DNA from: Schmidtea nova
Taxonomy: Eukaryota
Length of the DNA stretch: 61,917 nucleotides
NCBI GenBank assembly: GCA_044892505.1
Contig: CM097883.1
Span: 498,084-560,000, forward strand
Reading direction: 5' to 3'
Shown here piece by piece: positions 11,591 through 23,744 of the stretch. The notes beneath the pieces are model-generated. The model had not been told where the DNA came from, searched no databases, and saw only the letters and a program-made list of their open reading frames with translations. Numbering within the stretch: position 1 is the first letter of the stretch; each line of letters begins with the position of its first letter. The position numbers and the translations under genes are program-made.

Positions 11591-11906
11591 ATGGAATTAA
11601 GAAATGATGCAGTTTATCAAATTGTTGGTCCTAGTGGTAGTGGGAAAACTTTATTTGTTTGTAAATTATTACAATCTAAAATGTTCAAGTCGAAATTCAA
11701 CAAAATTTATTGGCATCGAGGAGCTGATGATGAACATGGAATGACTCAAGATCAATTTTGTAAGATAAAAATGACGATAATAAAGGGTTTCGATAAAAAC
11801 TGGTCATCTAGATTACGACAAGGTGATGTAATTATTATTGATGATCTTTATCAAGAAGCAAATAAGAAAAAAGGTTTTAATAATTTATTCACGAAAATAG
11901 CAAGAC
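11591..11906 (+). pseudogene. Packaging ATPase N-terminal half, truncated by the duplication junction
   Basis: Walker A GPSGSGKT and Walker B IIIDD; identical to the 13871 copy up to the junction. Confidence 0.85.
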
Positions 11907-13301
11907 AATTGATTGGAATGCGTCATGAAAACGAGTGTTTCGATTGTTAATAAATATCGTTTCTTTGCAGAATAAATTTTTATTGATTTTCGATATAACT
12001 TTATTTACTGCAATAACATCTTCTTTATTCAGATGACCGATTAGGTTTGTATACAATGATTTTGATAGCTTGACCGGATAAGTGAATCTGAATGGTATTT
12101 CGTCTACCAAGAAATATATTTTAAAGTCATGATACATTTGAACTGGCTTAACGTCATTCTTGAATTTATTGGCTTCGACATCCGAATCTTTTTTCATTTG
12201 AGATGGCTTTATTGATTTAATTGTTTCTTCATTCTTAATAGGGCTGGTTTCTTTAAATACATTCGAAAATGTTCCGAAAACTGATTTAGTTGATTGCATT
12301 TTTAAAGAAATTATGAAATTGTATTGTTTCGTCTTTGTATTTATAAGGTTAAAAATGTTGATGTAACCAATCAAATTCGTCTATTTGTATGGTATGTTGG
12401 TGTGCATCATGATTCATTACCTATATATGATTGCATTTTTAAAGAAATTATGAAATTGTATTGTTTCGTCTTTGTATTTATAAGGTTAAAAATGTTGATG
12501 TAACCAATCAAATTCGTATATTTGTATGGTATGTTGGTGTGCATCATAATTCATTACCTATATATATATATATATATATGTGTTGCAAATAACCTCTGTG
12601 ACCTTTATGTGTGCATGTATGACTCATTTATGTATTTGTCATGCATTCACATTGCATTAGTATTGCATTTGTAATGCATTTGTACAAATTATTTTTGTAA
12701 TAAAAACTGGTGTCAAACAAAATTATTTATGATAAAAACCGTTTAAACTATTTACTTTAATATTCACTTATAAACACACACACAAAAGAAAAAGATAATA
12801 AAAACAAAGACTAATACAAATTAAATATTTATTAAATATCAACAATAGACGAATAATGGAATTTTTTCAATTCTTTTCTTAAAAGCCATGTATGATATTC
12901 CTTCACACGCTCGAAGCAACATTCGCATCGATATGCACAAAAGCTGGCTTTATTCACAATCGGGAGATCCTCGTCTACCATCCTGAGATGATCGATCAAT
13001 ATAGTACGGAGATCGATACCGGTAATTGCTAGGATCTTGAATGGTAACATTTCTGGAGCGCAGTAAATGAGATCCGTCATCAATCTAGGGTACAACTCTT
13101 CCATCTTTCCGATGAGAATGGACATTAGTTTATCTAGAAACAAATAAAAATAGAATATAAAATAAACTGTGCTTACTATTATTTGAAAACGAAGACATTT
13201 TGATAAATAACTGAAAAATCTGTTGGTATTTATACTAATTTATTTAAACACGCTCATACAAACAATCAACCAATCAGAATCGTGCATTTGTATTGCATAT
13301 G

Positions 13302-13775
13302 TTATGCATTCATGGATAATAAAAAATCCAAAAATTCTTTATCTTCAATTATCGATTTTATTTCGCCAATAATTTGATCAACGGTATCTTGATAATCTAT
13401 ATTTTTTAATCCAAGTAAAACGATTTTACCACTAGAAAATATGTTGATGCACATGGGGTTATACTTAATAAATCTCAAAGCCGGAAATATTTCAGGTTCA
13501 TAAACACATTCTATTATCTTCGATAATTCATCTAAATTGATATGAGTTCCGATATCTGCAGTGACTGTGATCGATTGAATTTGCAAATCATGTATGTTGT
13601 ATTGTAAATCTTCTACTTTTATAGGTTTCTTACATCCCATAATTCGACACTTACCGGTCTTGAAAAATATTATCGGATATTTTCCGCTTCTATCAACAAC
13701 TTGTTGAGGCTTTCCTCGTGGAAATTGTAAATGAGATACTGAACATTTTCCTTTGTAATTTATGTTGCTTAACAT
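13302..13775 (-). CDS. TATA-binding-protein-like protein (copy 2)
   Basis: Identical translation to 11022-11495. Confidence 0.85.
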   Translation of the reverse strand: MLSNINYKGKCSVSHLQFPRGKPQQVVDRSGKYPIIFFKTGKCRIMGCKKPIKVEDLQYNIHDLQIQSITVTADIGTHINLDELSKIIECVYEPEIFPALRFIKYNPMCINIFSSGKIVLLGLKNIDYQDTVDQIIGEIKSIIEDKEFLDFLLSMNA

Positions 13776-13870
13776 TATTTTAAAGAATAATTTTCAAATA
13801 ATTTCTGAAACATGATAACAATTAATTAAAACAAATATAAACAATAATACAATTTTAATAATATTGTAAA

Positions 13871-14494
13871 ATGGAATTAAGAAATGATGCAGTTTATCAA
13901 ATTGTTGGTCCTAGTGGTAGTGGGAAAACTTTATTTGTTTGTAAATTATTACAATCTAAAATGTTCAAGTCGAAATTCAACAAAATTTATTGGCATCGAG
14001 GAGCTGATGATGAACATGGAATGACTCAAGATCAATTTTGTAAGATAAAAATGACGATAATAAAGGGTTTCGATAAAAACTGGTCATCTAGATTACGACA
14101 AGGTGATGTAATTATTATTGATGATCTTTATCAAGAAGCAAATAAGAAAAAAGGTTTTAATAATTTATTCACGAAAATAGCAAGACATAAAGGTGTCACA
14201 GTTATTTTTATAACCCAAAATCTGTTTCATCAAGGTGGAGCTCATCGAACACGTAATCTAAATGTTCAATATTTAGTTGTTTTCAAAAATCCTAGAGATG
14301 CCACAGTTATTGATTTCCTTGCAAGACAAGCATACCCTAACAATCGTAATTTCTCAATTAATGCATTTCAAGATGCGACTTAAACCCCACATGGGTATAT
14401 TTTTCTTGATTTTACTCAGCAATGTCCAGATGATTTAAGAGTAAGAACTGATATTTTCAATAATGAAGGTGCAATGGTTTATAAACAAAGTTAA
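13871..14494 (+). pseudogene. Polinton A32/FtsK-like packaging ATPase with one internal stop (14381-14383)
   Basis: Walker A/B, RHKGVTVIFITQNLF, FKNPRD; the frame continues past the stop as PHGYIFLDF..LRVRTDIF. Confidence 0.9.
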
Positions 14495-14514
14495 TATTAT
14501 GTTTAGAAACAATC

Positions 14515-15054
14515 ATGCTTCTTAAATCACGTGCCAAACAACCAAAATTATCAAAACTTAGAAAGGTTTTTAAAAAGAATCGTGAAACAATAATCCCATC
14601 TAAAACTAGTTTCACACCTTCGAAAAAATTAATAACTGAAAATATCCCATCAATGAATCTTATTTCAAACAATTTAAAACCAACACCCAAGAAGAAAGTT
14701 GGAAAAGTAATAAAATCTTCAAATCATCGTAGTTTTCCATTTTTTAATGCATTGTTAAAAGCTCCAAGTGCAAAAAGAATGAATATTTTACAATCATTTC
14801 CCAATTATGTTATTGACGATTTACTTGATGTCATACTTAAAGTAGTCAAAGGTAAAATTAATATAACAAAATCAAATAAAATTGTTTTGAACAAACACAA
14901 GAAACCTCTGTTATCACTAGTAAATAGTAAAAATCGAAATCAAATGCGTAAAGTAGTATATAAACAACAAGGAGGGTTCATTGACGCCCTATTACCGTTA
15001 GCATTATCGTTATTAGGGGGAGTCGGTTTATTAGGAAAACAATCAACAACATAA
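14515..15054 (+). CDS. Basic Polinton core protein with adenovirus pX-like C-terminus
   Basis: K-rich; ends QQGG|FIDALLPLALSLLGG, an adenain-type site followed by a hydrophobic helix. Confidence 0.75.
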   Translation: MLLKSRAKQPKLSKLRKVFKKNRETIIPSKTSFTPSKKLITENIPSMNLISNNLKPTPKKKVGKVIKSSNHRSFPFFNALLKAPSAKRMNILQSFPNYVIDDLLDVILKVVKGKINITKSNKIVLNKHKKPLLSLVNSKNRNQMRKVVYKQQGGFIDALLPLALSLLGGVGLLGKQSTT

Positions 15055-15121
15055 ACAATGGGACAAACTCCTTTAAGTCAATTATCTAATCTTACATTAA
15101 ATTTTAAATCTTCTTGTTGTA

Positions 15122-16179
15122 ATGGAGAAGATTTGGACGAACCCGAAAGACCCAGCAGGTTTTGGTGGGGTCGAAAAGCTAAACAAAAACGTTCCAAACT
15201 CGAAAAAAGAGACTCAAAAATGGTTATCAGGTCAACTAGCATACAGTCTAAACAAACCAATGTTGAAAAGATTTCCAACAAAAGCATATAAAACATATGG
15301 TATTAATGATTTGTGGCAAATGGATTTGATGGAAATGATTCCATATTCAAAAATAAACAAGGGATATAAATATATTTTGACATGTATCGATGTCTTCAGT
15401 AGATTTGCACGTGCTGTTCCAATCAAAACAAAGTCAGCTAATGAAATGGCAATAGCAATCAAAACATTATTTGCAGATGGTCATCCCAAGAATTTACAAA
15501 CTGATTTGGGTAAGAATATAAAATATTATATACATTTTTATTTATAAATTTAGGTAAAGAATTTTACAATAGTAAAGTTAAAGAAATTTTGGCCGGGATT
15601 AATCATTACTCCGTATTCTCTCAGTTCAAAGCAGCTCATGTTGAACGATTTAATCGAACATTACGAGATCGGCTCAAAAAGTATTTTGTATACCAGGGTA
15701 ATAAAACATTGGTCAATGTATTGCCGAAAATAATTCATAGTTATAATCATTCTCCGCATCTAGGTATAAATGGATTGAGACCTGTTGATGTTTCATCAGA
15801 AAATACTGGAAAGATTTCACGTCAAGTAAAAACATTAAAGAAACCGAAATATAAAATTAATGATAATGTTCGAATTAGTAAAATAAGTGCTTCACCATTC
15901 ATAAAGAATTTCGATAGTAATTGGAGTGATGAAGTATTTCAAATATCGAAAATTAATACTAGTCAATATCCTGTAATGTATGTTATTTCTGACTCTGACA
16001 ATAATGAAGTCAGTGGGAAATTTTATGAGCAAGAACTACAAGTTATTCCGCCACCAACTATATTTAGAATTCAGAAAATACTAAAAACTAAAATGGTGGG
16101 TAAGGATAAACAATACTATGTAAAGTGGCATGGATATCAAAACCCATCATGGATATCATCAAAAGATTTAGTAAAGTGA
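15122..16179 (+). CDS. Polinton retroviral-like integrase with C-terminal chromodomain; 2 exons (intron 15510-15553)
   Basis: WQMD, QTDLG|KEFYN (restored by splicing) and VERFNRTL form the DDE triad; chromo motif YYVKWHGY..SWI. Confidence 0.92.
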
Positions 16180-17195
16180 ATTTTTATACTATATTACCAA
16201 GTAATAGCTGTCCACTAATACATCCTGATAATCAAGCCAGTAAATTCATGGTCAATCTTCAAAGTCCGATTTATTTAGATGGTAATTGGGAAGTTGCATT
16301 ACAAGATTTCACATTTGTATACAACACATTTCCATTTTATAGTCAATGCAAGATTGATTACAAAAGAATTGAAAATAGAGCATGTAGTGGTCTGTTCATC
16401 ATCAACAATTTTGAAAGAATCTATACTATTCCTAACCAAACTTTGAATGCTCATTGTAGTATGTATTTCAACAATGATTGTTTAAATATTAATTGTGATT
16501 TTACTCCATACACAATTACATTTGAAAATATTGAAGAAGCACGACGAATGGGAAGTAATCAACTTAAAATTGTAAGTACACTGAAAGATTATCAATTAAA
16601 GTTCATATTATTTGAACCGAATAGTTATTTGAAAGAAGATATTAAGATTACAATATCTTATGATGCAGAAATTGAAGAAACATTTACATTTGCAAATGAT
16701 TTGTATATAGTGCAACTGGAAGATTTATCTAAATATTTGTCATTCAATTGCTCACATATCTTTAAAACTCTGGAGATTAATAAATGGTTCAAATTCAGTC
16801 TCAACGATAATATTAGTGAAGTTACATTCGATAAAAACTTGGTCAATACTTTAGGATTGAATAAACAAACGTATAGAGATCGAAACCTTATAGATGGGAC
16901 TATGAAACCTAAAATACTTGTTCATCATCAACAAATGTTCATTTACAGTAACATTATTGAACCAATAATTGTCGGTGATTCTCTGGTTCTTCTACTGAAA
17001 TCTGTATGGATCGAAAAATATGAACAGGATGAAGTTGTACAAATAGTAATGGATAATCCAATGTATTTACCTATTTCTACCTCATGTATAAACAATATAG
17101 AAATAAATATCCGTGACGATAGTGGTAAATTAATAAATTTTCCAAAAGATTCAAAAACACATTTAACGTTACATTTCCGTAAAATAAATGATTAA
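16176..17195 (+). CDS. Polinton minor capsid (penton) protein
   Basis: FY.ILPSNS..N..S.F.V.L..PI.LDGNWEVAL at the N-terminus; FIYSNII...VGD and INIRDDSG..I.F..LHFR at the C-terminus; likely start overlaps the integrase stop (GTGA). Confidence 0.85.
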   Translation: MNFYTILPSNSCPLIHPDNQASKFMVNLQSPIYLDGNWEVALQDFTFVYNTFPFYSQCKIDYKRIENRACSGLFIINNFERIYTIPNQTLNAHCSMYFNNDCLNINCDFTPYTITFENIEEARRMGSNQLKIVSTLKDYQLKFILFEPNSYLKEDIKITISYDAEIEETFTFANDLYIVQLEDLSKYLSFNCSHIFKTLEINKWFKFSLNDNISEVTFDKNLVNTLGLNKQTYRDRNLIDGTMKPKILVHHQQMFIYSNIIEPIIVGDSLVLLLKSVWIEKYEQDEVVQIVMDNPMYLPISTSCINNIEINIRDDSGKLINFPKDSKTHLTLHFRKIND

Positions 17196-18846
17196 TCCAG
17201 ATATAATTTCATTGTATAGTAATAGTCAATATAACTTGACAATATAACTTCGTAATGATAATTTGTGTAAATCCTTGATTAATTTCTACCAATGAATAAA
17301 ATAATTACTACTAAATCTTACAAAAGTTTATATTTTTTAAAGAATTAAATTAATTAACTTTCTCTTTCTAATATCAATCAATTTAAATGGATGAAGATAA
17401 AATTTTTCAATGTTTCAATTTTATCTGAATAATAATATGTGGACGCACTGGCTCACAAAAGAATGACTTATTGGGGAAAAAATGAATCATCACGATGACT
17501 CATTGGTCAAACAAAGGTATCGAGTCAGGCTATCAAATGATTTTATTATGTCATTTAATGGTGTTTAAAACATTTTTCATTTTTCAATTATCATTTAAAT
17601 TATTATTAAATTATAAAAAATGGCAGAAAAAATGACAGAAGATGAATTTAGAAAAATGCAAGCAGCACCAAGTATATAAAAGGAAATCACAAGAGAAGAT
17701 GAAGCTCAAAAATGTTAATAAAATGCAGCATCTAGCAACAACCTTATATATTTTTAATAAAAATCTTTGGCTGTTTATGTTTATTTATTCAGCCACGATA
17801 CATATATTATGTCAGTAAAGCTGTATCCTTACAAAGTATCTCATTACTTTATTTCAAACAATTTAAAAAAATCTTTATAGAATCGACTTTTCTATTTAAA
17901 ACTACAAAATCTGAAAATTATATTAAAAATAAATTTAAAAATATTAATCTTTTAATTTATTTAGACAAATGTAATAATTTGTGTAAATCCTTGATTAATT
18001 TCTTCCAATGAATAAAATAATTACTACTAAATCTTACAAAAGTTTGTATTTTTTAAAGAATTAAATTAATTAACTTTCTCTTTCTAATATCAATAATTAA
18101 AATGGATGAAGATAAAATTTTTCAGAATAGACTTTTCTATTTAAAACTACGAAATCTGAAAATTCTTTTAAAAATAAATTTAAAAATATTAATCTTTTAA
18201 TTTATTTAGACAAATGTTTATATGTAATTTTTTAAAAATATAAAACATCGAATTGTAATAATTAAATAATTTTTTTTAAATTTAAAAACTGAATCGATAA
18301 TAAATAAATATTTTTTTATTATTTTTTTAATAACATTTTTTTTAAAATAATATAAATTTCGAAAATAAAAACCTGCAGTATTTTAAACTAAGGCAATGTA
18401 AAAGAATTTGACGATCGTAGATATGAATATTCAGTCTTTGTCAGTTTACATGAGAACGAAAGGTAAAGTCTTTATAAATTTATAAATTCTTTATAAATTT
18501 ATAAAGTCTTTATAAAGTCTTTATGAACATGATATGTTGATGGGAAAATTCTCATGTTCTTTTATTGAAGATTTTACAATTTTAATAAAATTATTGTATA
18601 ATACTTTCATGGAGAACATCTAATAATAATACTTATCATGGATCATCAATTGATTCCAAATATCAATAACAGAAATATTAAAATATTCTGATAAATCAAA
18701 TAATTTGGATTGATATTCATGCTTTAGCTTCAAAACTTGTTAAATATTGTACTAATAAGTGCTTTGTTCAATAATAATATAATTATTAATTATTATTACA
18801 ATTATTATTATTAAATGGTGATTCCTTGGTAGCAGCATTTGGTAAT

Positions 18847-18963
18847 AAATTAATTAGTAAATAAGTAACAAAAAAAGTCTTTGCTGCAAACATTATTTTC
18901 TCACTTAATAAAATTATTTTTGCAGCAAAGGCTTATTTTGTTACTTATTTACTTATTAATTAT
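18847..18963. repeat. Imperfect inverted repeat (~40-bp arms)
   Basis: agtaaataagtaacaaaa..ctttgctgcaaa pairs with tttgcagcaaag..ttttgttacttatttact. Confidence 0.75.
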
Positions 18964-19984
18964 TATTATTATTATAAATAATATTTTAAAATTTTAAAAA
19001 TGACACAATATTTAAAATTAAATGGTGTTCACTGACACAATTTATATAAAGAAATATGCGCATTATTTAGGAAATATAGACAATATTAACAATTTTGAAA
19101 AATTCAAAATTAGAGTAAAAATTAAAGTAAAATTTAACAATAAAATTACAAAATTGTATTCAGTAAACGTTTTTTTCTTTATATATTCTTTTAGTGACAC
19201 AAAAGATGATTCTAAATGTTCTCCTATTAGCAGAGACGCAAAGCGTCATTTCAACTTAATTTTTAATAAATAAAATTTACAGTTTATCATTTTATTAAAT
19301 TTTAAAACGTAAACATCTTTAAAATAGAAACATTTTAGAAATAGAAACATTTATATGAATCTTAGAGCAAAAATATTTTATACACATTGTATTGGCCTGG
19401 TGGCATTTATAATACGTAATAAAATAATAATTTTTAAATTTTCTTACAAAACCTAATAGAAAGAATATTGAATTAAAAAAAAAAACAAGTTTATAGTAAA
19501 ATTAATATTTTTTTAAAATTTTATTAGCAAGCTTTTAAAAATTTAAATAATATATAATTTAATATAATAATATATAATTTGTTTAAATTTTCATATTATT
19601 ATTAATATATTGTATTCAGTGCGTGTCAGACAAAGGATCGGCTAATGAAGTTATCTATGAAATGGGACTAGAGCAATGGATTGGAAGTTTATTCTTGTCT
19701 CTGGATTTTCTTTGTGGTGTAAACTCTGCGAAGTATTTTTGTTCAAACTATCTGAAGATTGGTTTGATTGCTAAGCGAGAATTATATAATTGTGTTCATC
19801 GCCGCCGGTGGACTTGTTGACAGCTTTCTGCCATAATGATATGAGGCTATTTGTATGTATCCATTTGATAGTTCTTACGTTGAGGATCTTTATAATTATT
19901 CGTTAGCTCCTTGGCATGATATCTATGGGTCTCCAATTTGAAGAAAAACTTTTCCTTTTTCGTATTCTAGTGGTATTCAAGTAT

Positions 19985-21515
19985 ACAAACACAGACACAC
20001 AGACAAACACAAAATATCACCCAAACAATATAGATGTGGTGCAATTACACAACAATGAGGGTTTCACACATTGGACACATAAATAAGTCACATACAGAAA
20101 AATGGTAAACAATCATAAAAAAGGTTTTTATTGATATAAATCAACAATACCACTAATAATAATACAGTTATCAATAATAATAAAAAAAATAAAAAATTAT
20201 ATCTATTCAAAGCATTACTCATTAAAAAATTAGGCATTGTAGTACTAATTACATAATGTAAAGGTAATATAATATAATTAGAGGAGATATAATGATAAAT
20301 ATTTTTAAAGATTAAGGTTTGTTTTAGGAGATAAATGGTTGTTTGAAGGGAGGTTAACATTAGTTGGAGCATTATTAGTAATGTGATCCATATATATTTT
20401 AAAACTAGCCGTAACTGCTGCTTTCATGCATATTTTGGCAAGTGACTTTATAGCTATTTCACCTAATCCTATTTTCCTGAGGTATTTGTCATTTTCACTG
20501 TCCCAAGATCCTATTGTTCCTACAACTATTGCTGAAAGGGTTGTAATGCATTTATTATTTTTGGCGGTGTCTAGGGAGAGTTTTAGGTATTTATCATAGT
20601 TATCTTTTCGCGCGTTATCAAAATTTATTTGTGTGTCATAGGGGAATTTAATGTCTACAATATGAATATTTTTATCATTTAAATTTTTAATAATTAAGTC
20701 AGGTTTTAGGGTGGTTTCTACTCCCGGAGGCGCACATTCTATGTCTACGTGGTATCCCCTATTTATAAAAAAACTTTTAACTTTTTCAAGCACATGTGTA
20801 TGCTTGTTCCTTCTAGCGTTTTGGGTAATTGGACAGTGATTAAAAATATGGGCTTGGGTTTCCCAGTCCTTGTTACAAAGTCTACAGTTAATATTAAGGG
20901 AGTTCTTTTTTCTATTTTGTGAGTAGTTTAGATTTAGACTATTATTACGCGCTTTTATAAGGAAAAAAAATTGTTGGTCAGTTAGTTCGTCATATTTAAG
21001 GAGGTGTGAGGAACAGCCACTATCACTTATAGTTTTATATGTGTCCCTGGCAGGTCATTTTATTCCAGCAGTCAGGGTACCATTTACTTGTCAAAATATG
21101 AATGGCCTCAGAGCCTTGGTCTAGATTATCAAATTTTATATAATGATTATATTCGTCTTTTTGTATGTTAAGTTGGAAGGTGTTGTCAATTTCCACAATT
21201 TTAATTTTTAAAAATAATTTTTCAAAGATTCTCTTAACCGAATCTCGAAATTTAGAAAATATAGAAAAAGTACCACTGTTATCCCCCTTCAAATCACCAT
21301 TTATCCACTTTATTGCAGCTACCATGTCGATTTGTTTATTTCTAAATCGATTTTGGGTAGCTTCAATAAAATAAAGTTTTTCATTAAAATGTCATTTGAA
21401 TTAAGGAACCTAATAAAATGAATAATGCTCTGAATAAGGTATTCGTCTATACTAGGTGTGACTCCCATACCCCCAAGGTTTATGTTAGCGTAGAAAAAGT
21501 GATTATTTATGTTTT
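19985..21515 (-). mobile_element. 5'-truncated RLE non-LTR retrotransposon, NeSL/Utopia-like family B
   Basis: GGMGVTPSIDEY thumb, CRLC..HIFNHC, LKPDLII..VDIK.PYD..KY; paralogous to family A. Left boundary approximate. Confidence 0.85.
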
Positions 21516-21545
21516 GAAATTTCTTTTTTTTTTCTTTCTTTTTTT

Positions 21546-21629
21546 GATTTCTGCCCAGTGCTATGAATGTCAATGTGAAGCAATTCAACTAAGCTCTGGT
21601 TAACGGCGGGAGTAACTATGACTCTCTTA
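21546..21629 (+). rRNA. 28S rRNA fragment ending at the R2 target (…AACTATGACTCTCTTA)
   Basis: Matches the conserved LSU sequence up to the R2 site. Confidence 0.92.
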
Positions 21630-21737
21630 TACCAAGCATGATGCACAAGGCAGTGTTGGGAGAGTCAAAGATGGGAGAGTTACGAGAATTAGACAAGTGT
21701 ACGCGTAGGTACGTACGAGAGTGGCTGAAACTTCCTG
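21630..21737 (+). mobile_element. Short 5'-truncated R2 insertion remnant at the canonical site
   Basis: Translates IPSMMHKAVLGESKMGELRELDKCTRRYVREWLKLP, homologous to IPGVLHEAILGE..LDKITRMLVRKWLHLP of the R2 at 26.7 kb. Confidence 0.8.
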
Positions 21738-22051
21738 ATTGTTTTTCTACTTACTCAATGATTCAGTATAATTAACTATGTTAATTTGTTTTAGTGAAAA
21801 AATAGCGATCTGCGGATGCTATTTAACTGTTTTGAGGACAGTGTCAGGCAGGGAGTTTGACTGGGCGGTACATCTGTCAAAAGGAAACGCAGATGTCCCA
21901 AGGGGAGCTCAACCAGGACAGAAACCTGGTGTTGACCAAAAGGGGAAAAGCTCCCTTGATATTGATTTTCAGTACGAATACATACCGTGAAAGCGCGGCC
22001 TATCGATCCTTTTGAATTGTACAGAGTATGTAGCAAGAGGTGTTAGAAAGT
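21738..22051 (+). rRNA. 28S rRNA fragment (domain V region); resumes at 22966-22981
   Basis: GGGAGTTTGACTGGG, GATTTTCAGTACGAATAC, GAGGTGTTAGAAAGT, then TACCACAGGGATAACT after the insert. Left boundary approximate. Confidence 0.9.
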
Positions 22052-22965
22052 CAATACATTTATTAAATACAACAAACAAAAATACACTTAAAGTATTTGA
22101 TCTCAGAATCAGGCTTACTAACCACCTGAAGCATGGCGATTTGCGGGTTTCAGCCCAATGGCTCATTCCTTATCGGTTTATGTGGTCTTTTATTGTATTT
22201 GGATTGTTTATGTTCTTGGTTTCGTACTCTCGGGTAACAATCACTACTCCTCTTCGTATCCAGATTGATCTGAATAATGTTGGTAGGAATTTGATTGTTC
22301 ATTTTGCTGAATTTAGTAGTCTTTTCCTGGTTCGGCAGAGTATGAGTATTCTGAATCTAATCTTATTTGATCCAAGTCGATACTCTTTATGCTTTCTTCT
22401 TGATTTTTTGGATGTTTTGCTACAGCAATCTTTGTATGGTTCTTTATATGTTTTTCACAGCTGTAAGGATCAACATAATCCCGACAGTGAAAACATTGAA
22501 CCGTAGCTATTTTCCTTGAGGGATAGTTATGTTTTTGGCGGCAATGGTTCATAGCATTGCGATAAGATGATGAGGCCTTATCGCACCCCATGTTGCATAC
22601 CACTCCTCTTGTTTTATGTAGGATTAGGTCCGATTTCGGCGGTTTATTTAAAGTCAATACATTTATTAATTACAACAAACAAAAATACACTTAAAGTATT
22701 TGATCTCAGAATTAGGCTTACTAACCACCTGAAGCATGGCGATTTGCGTTATTCAGCCCAATGGCTCATTCCTTATCGGTTTATGTGGTCTTTTATTGTA
22801 TTTGGATTGTTTATGTTCTTGGTTTCGTAGTCTCGGGTAACAATCAATACTCCTCTTCGTATCTAGATTGATCTGAATAATATTGGTAGGAATTTGATTG
22901 TTCATTTTGCTGAATTTAGTAGTCTTTTCCTGGTTCGGCAGAGTATGAGTATTCTGAATCTAATC
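22052..22965 (-). mobile_element. Two head-to-tail 5'-truncated copies of an element inserted antisense in 28S; zinc-finger-like ORF 22313-22650
   Basis: Units 22052-22649 and 22655-22965 share the left end (AATAAA on minus); ORF has C..C/H..H motifs; 28S is continuous across the insert. Confidence 0.75.
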
Positions 22966-23059
22966 TACCACAGGGATAACTTTTTCCGATTGGAATTTTT
23001 CTTCATTTATTTTAGTGATTTCCTTTCTGATTGAATTATCTTTCTTTATCAGAATGTTT

Positions 23060-23641
23060 AGCGATATCATTGGAGATCATGTTTTCGACATTTTTCGGTT
23101 CAATATAATGTATGAGCTGATTTTTGTTGCCTGTGGAGAATCTGATATATGATTCTTTGGCTGACTGTGATAGTGAACTGGAATTTGTTGGAAAATATTC
23201 CTCTGATGGGATATTTGATGATGTTTTAACTTCTCGAATTGATTGTTTATTGCTTTTATGGTTTGCGATATGTTCCATTACATCTTTTTCGGAGATTGGA
23301 ACTAGGCAGGTTTTAAAGGTACCCATTTCGAGTACTTCTTTATTACAATTCTTGTGGTAGCATCTCATTTCGAGAACATTATTGATAATTATATCATAAT
23401 GTTCATTGGAATTTTGGGTATTCCCTCCTCCAATTCGCTTTGGTGGATTGTTTTCAATTTTTTGAATTTTCGCATTTTGATTTGAGGTTGTAGATCTCGA
23501 ACTAGATCGATTAGTTCTTTTTTTATTCAGCTTTATAGGTGTTGTTGATTCTTCTGAAATGTCTATTTCATCCTCAGCATCAAAATCAACATTGAGATTA
23601 TGAACTGTATTTTCCTCATCATTTGTATTTTTCTTGATCAA
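23060..23641 (-). pseudogene. N-terminal region of the NeSL-like Ulp1-bearing ORF
   Basis: Near-identical to 49270-49770; has a C..C...H...H motif. Confidence 0.6.
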
Positions 23642-23744
23642 TGGTAGGTGTAATTATTTCCATTTGATTCGTATGATTAGTCTGATTTTGGAATTTTGGA
23701 ATCTCTCGATTGTAATCGAGAGATAGCAATCGATTCTTCAATTC

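Larger units (their letters stand above)
9628..14186. repeat. Tandem duplication of a ~2.28 kb unit
   Basis: ORFs repeat at offset 2278-2280. The junction near 11906 (CA microhomology) truncates the first ATPase. Each unit has an internal 138-bp duplication. Confidence 0.95.
9355..17230. mobile_element. Polinton/Maverick (adintovirus-like) internal block
   Basis: Compact gene order ATPase, pX-like, integrase, minor capsid, plus divergent accessory genes. Confidence 0.9.

Noticed and set aside
17620-17720. MAEKMTEDEFRKMQ resembling the GRIPAP1 N-terminus
   Set aside because: Only about 14 codons before a stop; too little to support a call.
21778-22506. ORFs overlapping 28S and the plus strand of the insert
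   Set aside because: Chance frames in rRNA and antisense sequence.
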